Source: Schlesneria paludicola DSM 18645 (lineage in GTDB: Bacteria; Planctomycetota; Planctomycetia; Planctomycetales; Planctomycetaceae). From it: DNA of 64,000 nucleotides. A model generated the notes under the pieces. That model ran no database searches, was not told where the DNA came from, and worked only from the letters and a program-made list of their open reading frames with translations. The stretch spans positions 7,176 to 71,175 of the forward strand of contig CAMCMU010000022.1 in the NCBI GenBank assembly GCA_945876035.1, written 5' to 3'. Below, in pieces: positions 18,015 to 27,500 of this stretch. Position numbers and translations under genes: made by a program. Positions within the stretch are counted from its first letter, which is position 1, and each line of letters opens with the position of its first letter.

Positions 18015-18953
18015 TCACGCCGGTGACTTGAGAGCCGCGCGCGGCTCTGCACGGGATGTTTCGGCGTCTGATGCAACACGACGTTGCGATTCTCCTGTGG
18101 CCGGCGGTGTCTTGGAATCGTCATTCCCAAGGGGATTCAAATGCTCATCGCCAAACCCATAAGCAGGTCCGCAAATACAATCCCAAAACGCCAAGATGTT
18201 TAACAATCCGGCAATCCAGGTGAACACAAGTGCCAACTCGTAAAGCTTGCCCAAACGACCGTTCAACTCTTGGAGTTGATCGACGTCGGGAGGCGATCCA
18301 TAGGCGTTGAACAGGGAACGAGGAATCGATCCTTCGATCATTTTTCCGGCCAATGCGCTGGGCTCAACAACACCACACTCAATCTGACGTCGAAAACCGG
18401 CCTTGATGGGCTTGTCCAATTCAAAGCGGCCACCGAGCGGAATCTCGATCCGCTCTCCGTCGAGAGACCCTGAAAACGTACCTTCCATTTCTGGACCGTA
18501 GTCTCCTTCTTTGGGGTGTACCGTGACCGTCCCGATCAATGTTCCCCGGTTGGGTTGATCCAAGGGAACCAGCCTCCCTTGAAACTCGGCCGTGAGTGGC
18601 CCGGCGATACGCGTCAGTTTCTGATTCGTGGACTGTTCTGCTCGTTTGTTTTGAATCAGCGCCGGCATCGCCACCGCTCCTGTCGCCAGTTGAGCCGCAT
18701 AGCTCAACGCCACGTGACGAAAGATCCCTCCTTTATCGGGAAGGTTGTACACGACAGTCCCTTCTCCGAGTTTCTGTCCCCAGGCAAAAAGACCCAAAAT
18801 GCTGAACGAATAAATCAGCCCCTTGAGAATTCGACCCTGATAGAAATGGCCGGCGCCCGGAATAAGAATCGCTAAAAGCCCTGCAATCCAGCGGCTCTTT
18901 TCTTCCCAAGGCTTAGGATGAGCAACCCCTGTGCTCGACGAAACAACTGTCAT
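18015..18953 (-). CDS. DUF6677-like membrane protein
   Basis: TM2-like N-terminus IAGLLAILIPGAGHFYQGR; C-terminal ELALVFTWIAGLLNILAFWD; soluble insert between them. Start placed at ATG 18953. Confidence 0.75.
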   Translation of the reverse strand: MTVVSSSTGVAHPKPWEEKSRWIAGLLAILIPGAGHFYQGRILKGLIYSFSILGLFAWGQKLGEGTVVYNLPDKGGIFRHVALSYAAQLATGAVAMPALIQNKRAEQSTNQKLTRIAGPLTAEFQGRLVPLDQPNRGTLIGTVTVHPKEGDYGPEMEGTFSGSLDGERIEIPLGGRFELDKPIKAGFRRQIECGVVEPSALAGKMIEGSIPRSLFNAYGSPPDVDQLQELNGRLGKLYELALVFTWIAGLLNILAFWDCICGPAYGFGDEHLNPLGNDDSKTPPATGESQRRVASDAETSRAEPRAALKSPA

Positions 18954-20191
18954 TTGTGATGTCTCAATAAGATTGATATTGCCTCTGTCAATCGGCTGAG
19001 CACGAATTCCACAACTCAACTCGCAGAAGCGGATTGTAGCACAGGACACATGGAAAGGACTAGGCTCGTTACGATGAACCGCACTGGCCACGCTGTCCAG
19101 CGACAAGGGGCATGACTGACCCACATGCACATCGACCTGTTTGCCTCGACCACGTCAGACATCCCCCGTACCAGACAATCGTTCTGGATTTTCAGACCAA
19201 GGATTCTCTCGGATTGACATTCGTGCACTCGGCACCATGCGTCCGTGGTGTCACGGCGATCACGGATCCGCTCTGCGTGGGTGATTTCTGTTCCGGACAA
19301 ACCGTCGTTCAGCCCTCGTGGTGCGCGAACAGGGGCTGCCTTCCGAAAACAGTCGATTCATCTGACCGAACGGAAGTAGTTCGCGAAGACGTTGCTGGAT
19401 TGCGAGGAATTCGGTGAAGGCGAGATCCTCGCGGATGAGCCCCATCAGAAGCGGGCACAGACATCATCCGGAATCGGTGGTCCCCGTCGGAGTCAACGGT
19501 TCATTCTGAAGTGACACAGAGGTCCTTGCGATCGGATATACCCGTGTGAGTCAGAACGAAAATCCCTGCCGCGTACGTGTCCAACACATCGATGCGTGTC
19601 CTGTTGTGACAGACCACCGGCAATGCCGTTACAAACAAGCTTGATCATCGCGGAACTCCTCCGTCGGCGATTGTCGAGCACCGTTTCCATAAGCTTGCTG
19701 AAATTCGCCGCGCGCGGAACATTGATTCCTCGGCATCCGCGACCAAGCCGCCAGGCTCTGCCTGCCTAGATCGCCCTGCTTGCGGCGGCGAAACTCGCGA
19801 AACGAGAGCGATGGCCACAGGGGCTCGGGCAAGGTGAGGGCCTGTCGTCAGCAGATCTGTTGTCAGCCGAGGCTTACCGGTCACCTGCCCGCAATGACTG
19901 GTGAAAGAGTCAGCCAGCGACACGCACGATGCCAACAGCATGGCCGAATCGTGCGAGGCCACGGACAACGATTGGAAAGATCGCGACGTCGCCGCGTTCA
20001 AGTTGAGTTTCTCGAATTCGTCTTCGTGTTTTGAACTCCGCCATCTACACTGGTAACGACTGTCCCGTGAGCGGTTGTGCGAATGCTCAAGCCTCCGCAA
20101 CGGATTGACCGCGGCGTGCGGAAGAGATCTGTTTTCTAATTCGCCGGTTTGGGACGTTGTTGCACGAACGAGCGATGGGGAGACTTCAGTC

Positions 20192-23100
20192 ATGCAGGGA
20201 TGCGACTGCCGCCGGATAGGACGTTGGTTGATGACGATTGCCTTCGTCGTTATTTGGACCCGATCATGGTCACCAGTGCTTGGTGCGGAAGATCCTTCGA
20301 CGTGGCAGGAAGACGCCGCGTTGCATGATGTGCAGTTTGTCGATACTCAAACCGGCTATGCGGTTGGAGCCCATGGATCCATTCTCAAAACGGCCGATGG
20401 CGGCCGCAGTTGGCGGATCCTGACGAGTGGCACCTCGGGATCGCTGCAGAGTGTCTGCTTTTTGACAGATCAAATTGGCTGGGTCGCAGGGCGTGATGTC
20501 ATTCCGTTTGCGGGGATTGATTCGGGAGTTCTGTTCTTCACCGACAATGGGGGTGAGACATGGAACCCGATCTCCAGTTGCGAACTTCCGGCGTTGCACT
20601 TCGTTAAATTTTTCGGTCTCGAAGAAGGAATCGTGGTCGGACATCCCTCGGCGAGTGCTCCCTCTGGAATTTTGAAAACGACGGACGGCGGTCAATCGTG
20701 GCAACCGATCGCGGGAAGCGTTTCCTATCCTTGGCGAGCGGCTGCGTTTTTGGATCTTGAACGAGGAGCGGTTGGCGGGTCGGAGGCGCGTTTGTCCCTC
20801 GTCTCAGGTGAGCAGTTGCTGGCTTCGAAATTGCCGTCACAAGGACTTCGATCGATCCGAGCCCTGACGCTTCAACACGCCACCAATGACGATCAGGGAT
20901 GGCTTGCCGGTGATGGGGGATTGGTGTTACACACGACCAGCGGTGGCGTCGTTTGGGAGCCACCATTGGCGGCTCTTCCCGAGGCTCTTCGTCAGGGGAT
21001 GGATTTTCACGCTGTTGAAATGCGTCAAGACAACGTCTGGATCGCCGGATCGCCAGGAAGTGTGATCGTACACAGTTCCAATGGGGGACGGAGTTGGAAT
21101 ACACAGTCGACCGGGCAGTCGACTCCGCTGCATTCCATTCGATTCGCAAACGCCACGCACGGCGCGGCTGTGGGGGCTCTTGGTGTGATTCTGCGGACAC
21201 AGGATGGGGGGCAATCGTGGCAGATCGTTCGGGGTTCCGGTCGTCGCTCGGCGATCCTTTCGATTCAGTCACGTCCCTCACGGGTCTCAACGGCGTGGAT
21301 TGCCAAATTGTCCGGAGAGGACGGATATCGGAGTTCGGTCTGGATCGCCAATCGGCAGGACTTTGGTGAGACGGCTCAGAGCAGCGATCTCGATTCGCGG
21401 TTGAGTACCGCGATTGAGCGTTGCGGCGGGAACTCGGCCGAGATTCACTGGCAGCTTCCCGTTGCCGTCACCGGATTGGAGTACGATTCGGGCAAATTGT
21501 TGGCGGATTGGCAGAAGCGCACAGAGGGTAAACTGGGACTGACGTTGGTCGGTACACTCGTGCGTCAGCTTCGAATGTGGAAACCCACAGTGGTCATGCT
21601 CGATCAACCGGCTGCGGATGATGCGGCCAGCCAGCTCCTTTTGGATGCCGCTCTGCGGGCGATTGAGGATGCTGCCGATGCGACGCGGTTCCTTGAACAA
21701 TCCGAAGGCATGGGCCTTCGACCATGGAAAGTCGAGCGGATTTACATGAAGCTCCGCAACGGAGCGGGTGGCGATGCCATTGTCGAACTCGACGAATACC
21801 TGCCAACACGAAAGACAACCGTTCGCATGGCCGCCTCAGCCAGTGATTCCCTCTTACGGACGGATGGAACCGATTCCGGACGAGATTCCGGAGTTCCTCG
21901 GTTGGCCTTTCGCTGGATTGGATCGGACGGACGTCCCGCACTCGCCAAGAAATTGGCTCGCGACTTCTTCGCGGATTTGCCCATCGAACCGGGATCGGCA
22001 GCCCGCCGCAAGATTTCATTCCGAGATGATCGCGATCTCGAGCGACGGCAAAAGCTTGCCCAAAAGCAAAGGAATTTTGCCGTTATGACTCATCAATCGA
22101 TCGATGATCCGCGACTTGCCGGACAAATGATCGGCCAACTCGGCGGCTTGGTCGATGCCATGGACCCGGGACAGGGTGCCGAACTGATGCGAGGACTGGC
22201 CGCAGAATATCTTGATCGATCGCTCTACGAACTGGCGGAAGCGACGAATGTCGAATTAGTTCGCCGGTATCCCAATGAGCCCGTTTCGTTGGAGGCGATG
22301 CGGTGGCTGATTCAGTTTTGGAGCAGCCAAGAAACGGCGTGGCAACGCACTCGAATGATGAGCAACACCACAGTTCAGCCTGTGGTCGACCAGGCCTCCA
22401 ACGCCCGGCAACTTCAACAAGTCGCTAACACGCTCACCCACGGAACAGGATCGGTGACGACCGCGGAATTGCAAAAGGAGGGGCCCACCTTCGGCCAATT
22501 TCAGAACCCGGGACATTTGAATCGACTGAACGTGAAGCTTGATTTTGACAACCAAGGCGTGGCGGATGGCAAAAAAAAGAGAGCTCAGACGACTCGATTG
22601 AGTTCCGTCAATCCGCAAGACTGGCGTGCCGACTCCGTTCGCGACTGGCACAAGCGTGCGACCAATCTTGCAAACCAGCTGCAGACTCAATCAACGTCAC
22701 TGTCGATGTCGCCGGAGATTCAATTTCCACTGGCCGCCCTCCGCCGCGGTGGCCACGCCGGATCCGCCCAGCAGGCAGAGCCGATCTATCGCACTTTTCT
22801 GACCCGAGCAACCGACGATGCCATACGGTCACTGGCTCAACGCGAACTCTGGGCGATGTTCGCCACGGCGGAAGATCCGCAAGAGTTATTGACCTGCCGG
22901 AAATCCGGCGAGAAACCGATCCTCGATGGAACTCTCAGCGATGTTTGCTGGCAGAATGCCAAGGAAATCATGCTGACTCGTCAAACGCGAGATGACGAGA
23001 TTTCTGCTGAATCCGAGGCAACAGATTCGTTGGTCATGCTCGCCTACGATGACGAGTTTTTGTATGTCGGACTTAGCATGCCTCGGCTGGAATCGGGCGC

Positions 23101-23485
23101 AATTGATCCCTCTGTGAAAAAAAACAGGTCTCATGATGCCGACCTCAGCCGACAGGACCACCTCACGTTATGCCTCGACATTGATCGAGACTACACCACT
23201 TGGTACGAGTTTCAGGTGGATCTTCGCGGGTTGACATTCGAGAGTTGTTGGGGAGATCGGCGTTGGGATCCGTCCTGGTATGTGGCCACGGATATCGAGG
23301 ACTCTCATTGGCGCGTTGAAGCCGCAATCCCTTGGGGTGAACTGACGCCAACCCCGCCTCGGGAAGGCTCCGTGTGGAGCATCGCGGTCACGCGTACGAC
23401 TCCTACGGTGGGGATGCGGGCGTGGGTCCAGCCCCCGTTAAAGCGTCCCCGGCCGAGTTCTTTCGGACTTCTTCGATTCCAATGA
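20192..23485 (+). CDS. YCF48/BNR beta-propeller protein with PIG-L-like middle domain and C-terminal CBM9/DOMON-like domain
   Basis: Six [S/T]xDGGxxW-like repeats; LVRQLRMWKPTVVML and AADATRFLEQ..GLRPWKVERIY; C-terminal PILDGTLSDVCW...MLAYDDEFLYV...WRVEAAIPW; ggag RBS before ATG 20192. Confidence 0.88.
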   Translation: MQGCDCRRIGRWLMTIAFVVIWTRSWSPVLGAEDPSTWQEDAALHDVQFVDTQTGYAVGAHGSILKTADGGRSWRILTSGTSGSLQSVCFLTDQIGWVAGRDVIPFAGIDSGVLFFTDNGGETWNPISSCELPALHFVKFFGLEEGIVVGHPSASAPSGILKTTDGGQSWQPIAGSVSYPWRAAAFLDLERGAVGGSEARLSLVSGEQLLASKLPSQGLRSIRALTLQHATNDDQGWLAGDGGLVLHTTSGGVVWEPPLAALPEALRQGMDFHAVEMRQDNVWIAGSPGSVIVHSSNGGRSWNTQSTGQSTPLHSIRFANATHGAAVGALGVILRTQDGGQSWQIVRGSGRRSAILSIQSRPSRVSTAWIAKLSGEDGYRSSVWIANRQDFGETAQSSDLDSRLSTAIERCGGNSAEIHWQLPVAVTGLEYDSGKLLADWQKRTEGKLGLTLVGTLVRQLRMWKPTVVMLDQPAADDAASQLLLDAALRAIEDAADATRFLEQSEGMGLRPWKVERIYMKLRNGAGGDAIVELDEYLPTRKTTVRMAASASDSLLRTDGTDSGRDSGVPRLAFRWIGSDGRPALAKKLARDFFADLPIEPGSAARRKISFRDDRDLERRQKLAQKQRNFAVMTHQSIDDPRLAGQMIGQLGGLVDAMDPGQGAELMRGLAAEYLDRSLYELAEATNVELVRRYPNEPVSLEAMRWLIQFWSSQETAWQRTRMMSNTTVQPVVDQASNARQLQQVANTLTHGTGSVTTAELQKEGPTFGQFQNPGHLNRLNVKLDFDNQGVADGKKKRAQTTRLSSVNPQDWRADSVRDWHKRATNLANQLQTQSTSLSMSPEIQFPLAALRRGGHAGSAQQAEPIYRTFLTRATDDAIRSLAQRELWAMFATAEDPQELLTCRKSGEKPILDGTLSDVCWQNAKEIMLTRQTRDDEISAESEATDSLVMLAYDDEFLYVGLSMPRLESGAIDPSVKKNRSHDADLSRQDHLTLCLDIDRDYTTWYEFQVDLRGLTFESCWGDRRWDPSWYVATDIEDSHWRVEAAIPWGELTPTPPREGSVWSIAVTRTTPTVGMRAWVQPPLKRPRPSSFGLLRFQ

Positions 23486-23882
23486 GGCTCGACCCCATCG
23501 GGCGAGGGCAAATCAATCACGGCGGTTGACTCGAACTGTGGAACCTCAATGCAAAACATCCGTGGCGAAACGCATCGCCGCGAAAACGTCCCCGTCTTTA
23601 GCCAACGAAAATCGCGGAAAGAAAATCGGAGCCGTCCCCGTCGATCTGCGCGACATCGGATCGAAGCAATAGCTGTCACCTCGCTACAAAACAATCCGTT
23701 GACCGGGCCATCTTCTTTTCTGTGCCGTGAGACAATTTCGACCAATGGGACCTCTGAATTCATTCGATGAAGTTGCGAGAGGATGTTATGTCTGGCTGGC
23801 AACTATCGGTCGATCGCTTCGGCCTTTTTTATCGTTCAACGATGGATCGGTTCCATGACTGATATTTCTCCGATGGCATTGC

Positions 23883-24152
23883 TTAGAATTGCTTCTGTCG
23901 ACCATACCGCAGCCAGCGCATCGGCTCTGCTCCAATCGGTGTGAACAGCGGTTGAAACGTCTCGTCTCCGGCCTGATCGGAAACCGCTTCTGCCGAAGCG
24001 GTCCTTGTGGCGGTCCAACGCTCGCAGGCCACGTCGCCGCGGCCCGTTGAGTGCCAGTTCTCGTTGTCCATGACCTGCTGGATGCACCGATTCAAACGCT
24101 TGTGGCCCCAATCAATCCGCAGCAGTTCCTCGATAATCTCTTGATCTCTCAT
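23883..24152 (-). CDS. Possible small hypothetical protein (89 aa)
   Basis: ATG preceded by GGGAG RBS; N-terminal half looks like an amphipathic helix (MRDQEIIEELLRIDWGHKRLNRCIQQVM). Confidence 0.3.
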   Translation of the reverse strand: MRDQEIIEELLRIDWGHKRLNRCIQQVMDNENWHSTGRGDVACERWTATRTASAEAVSDQAGDETFQPLFTPIGAEPMRWLRYGRQKQF

Positions 24153-24550
24153 CGCGCTCCCTGCCGTCATGGCGAGAAAAATCTTGCCTCCCGCTCGGGC
24201 GCAAATCGCAGGCCGTCAATCGCTCCCTGCGCGGACGCTGCGGGCGGTCAGCGTGCCGGTCTTTCGTTTCAGCGTGTGGTGTATATGATCAGTGCTCAGA
24301 TAGAATGACGGATGATCTGATCCGAGTGGATGTCACACATCCCCCGCGAGTGGGGAATTGATTGAGACCCGTTAGGGAGAATTTCGTTGAAGCAGCAAGT
24401 CGGTTTTGGACTTCAATTTCTGGTTTTAACCGCGACACCATTAATCTCATGGTGGCAGATTCAATTTGGATTTTCTTTGATCTGGATGCCGGGGCTTTTG
24501 GCGTGCTCGGTGGTGCTGTTTTGGATCGGCACTCGGATGAGGGAATCGAA

Positions 24551-27500
24551 ATGAGTCAGCACGACTCCTCCAAGTGCCGAATTTCACGACGAGATCGAGG
24601 GCTTTTTTTTGTTTTGGGGACCCGGCTCAGTCGTTCTTTTTCAACTCTTGCCCTATTGATGATCCGTCTTCGTTATGTGTTAATCCTGGCCAGCACTTTG
24701 GTGGCACTGGCGGACGAGCCTACGGCGAAACCGATGCGAGAGCATGCCGCAATCGAATCCGATTCCAGTATGCTCAAAATATTCGGAGCGATTGAGGAGC
24801 TTCTGGACGACAAACAATGGACGGCTGCGGTTGATCGATTGCAGGACATTTCTCAGACGCATGGTCGGTCACTCGTGTTGGCTCATCCCGGGCAGGCCGG
24901 CGGCGTGGCCGTTTATTTGAGTGTCGGCGTGCGCAGTCAGATGATTCTTTCCAGACTGCCGCCGGAGGGATTGGCGACCTATCGCAGCAAGGTTGACCCA
25001 CAAGCCAAACGCTGGTTTGAAAACTGGCAACGAACCCGTGATACGAGCGAACTAGCGCGCATCGTACGAGAGACGTACGTCAGTGGCTACGGCGACAACG
25101 CTCTGTGGGCTCTGGCGGAGGATCGCTGGGATCACGGTGACTTTGCCTCAGCACGACATTACTGGTCACAAATCCTGCCTCTGCCGGAAAACATTCCCGC
25201 CACGGACGTCCTCACGGAGTTACGATATCCTGATAGTGAGCTTGATCCGGCGGCGGTTTCGTCCCGTATCATTTTGTGCTCATGGATGCAGGGTCAGCAG
25301 ACGTTCGCCGAGGATCAGTTGCGACGATTTGAGGAGCGATTTCCGGTGGCGCAAGGTCGGCTGGCAAGCCGGCAGGGGCGGTTTGTGGATTTGCTCAGGC
25401 AAATCTTTGACGAGTCCTTGAAAGAGGAACGTCGCGACGTCGCTTCCGAAGTCGCGACGTTCGCGTTGACTTCGGAGCGAACGCAAATCTTGCCAAGCCC
25501 CGTCGATCTCGGAGCAGCACGATGGGACAGGCCACTGATTCCGTATCAACTACCCGGCTTGGAATCACCCGAATCTCACCCGAATCGGCAGTCGCTGAGC
25601 ACTCATCCCGTTGTTTACCGCGATATCGTTTTGGTGAATGATGCCGATTCAATTTCTGCATTCAATTTGTGGACAGGCGAAGCGGCATGGCCGAACGAAC
25701 AAGGTCTGGCCCAGATCTATCCTCCACTGCCCGATCAACCCTCGGTCGCTCCGTCCCTCGCCTGTGTCGGCGTTCCGTGGTTCACAATGACGCTGGCCGA
25801 TGGCAAGCTCTTGGCTCGAATGGGTTCGCCCGTGACGCGTCAGGCATCCCAGGAGTTGCGAGAGCTTTCGTGCGACCTTGTGTGCCTCGATTTGGAGCAA
25901 GGGCAAGGAAATCTGGTCTGGAAGATCTCGGCCGATGAATGGCAGGCCGATGAGCGGGAACCCTGGCGATTTGAAGGGTCTCCAGTGGTTCAGGATGGAC
26001 GGGCATTTGTGATCCACACGCGTACTCGGCCACAACAGGAATTTGCGGTGACGTCTCTGGATTTGGCCACCGGCAAGCGATTGTGGACGCGATCGATCTG
26101 CACATCGCGGTCGACGATCAGTGCCCATCTGAACCGGGTGAGTCATCTCTTGCCAACCTTGGGCGCTGGCAAAATTTTTGTTTCTACCGATGCGGGGGCC
26201 ATTGTGGCCCTCAATGCGCGAGACGGGGAAATTGAGTGGGCGGTGACCTACGAGAGTCGAATCCCGGCGGATTCCGTTGACCAGTCCGATGATTCAAAGC
26301 ACGCTTTAGTTCCTGCCATGTTTCACAATGGTTTGGTGTTCGTCGCGCCCAATGATTGCGATCGACTGTTCTGCATTGAGGCGGATTTCGGGCAGGTCCG
26401 GTGGCAGAACAGACATCCGCACGGCGAGCGATGGAGGCATCTTCTGGGGGTCATTCAAGACGGCAGCGTTTCCAGACTGATTGTCAGCGGTGACTCACTC
26501 TGGTCCATCAACGGAGACACCGGCAAGGTTTTGAACAGGCACCTTGCGACGGAAGCTGTCGACCAAGGATATGGACGCGGGGTGTTGACCCAAGATGCCA
26601 TATTCTGGCCCACGCGTGAGGCACTACAGATCATTGACACGAAGACCTTTCAGCCGCGACGCAACGTCCTACTGCATACTCCCGACTCGACCAAGACGGG
26701 TGGTAACTTGACCATAGCGGCAGGCACCATGCTTGTCTCTCAAGCAGATCAGCTGGTTGCCTACGGCGAGTACGCCCTACTGAAAGAACGATTAAATCGC
26801 GGTCTTTCCGTGCATCCAGAAAGTGATGATTTCCGTTTGCGACTGGCGGAGATTGAAGTCGCCGAGGGAAATTGTCAGGCCGCCGTTACCATCGTCCGTG
26901 AGCGAGCTCCGGTAAAACATCCAGACCTTTCTTTTCGAGGCGGACCGGATCCCCGCCAACGAGCTCGCCTGCGAGACATCTTCCGGAAGTCTGCCAGCCG
27001 GGAGCGAACGGCAGGACATCTGGCGGCAGCGATCCCGTTGTTGACCGAGCAACTGGATCTGACGATTGAGCCTCGTGACAGAGTCAAGCTTCTATTCGAG
27101 TTGGCCGGAACAGAACGCGCGGGTCAACGGATTGCAGAGGCCGTTGCGGATTGTCAGCGGATTCTTGATGACGCCACGCTGAGCTCGTTGATGAACTCTG
27201 AAAGTACAGCCGGCGCGCGGGCTTCGGCAGAAATCCGCAATCTGATCCACGAGCACGGACGGATCGTTTACGAAGCGATTGAGCGGCGAGCGGAAAACGA
27301 TTTGTCGGCCAGTATCGCCGCAGGCGATACAGGCCGACTGAGACAGACACTCCAACAATTTCCCAACGCGGAATCGACGGAGCGTGGTTGGTTAGAATTG
27401 GCTCAACTCGAACAACAGGCCGGTCACCTTTCCGCGGCCTGCTCGATTCGAGCCCTATTGACTGAGTGGGAACCGATTGCCTTTAACCGTTCTTCTGCGA

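Noticed and set aside
19645-20193. 182-aa minus-strand ORF
   Set aside because: Ser/Arg-rich, no domain, and overlaps the presumed promoter of the YCF48 gene.
20192-21240. YCF48 as evidence for photosynthesis
   Set aside because: YCF48-like Asp-box propellers are widespread in non-phototrophs, and no photosystem genes are present.
20604-21290. 228-aa minus-strand ORF
   Set aside because: Arg/Pro-rich antisense shadow of the YCF48 gene.
24362-24550. Upstream extension of the 1530-aa ORF
   Set aside because: Not protein-like; more plausible starts at ATG 24551 or 24659 (signal peptide).
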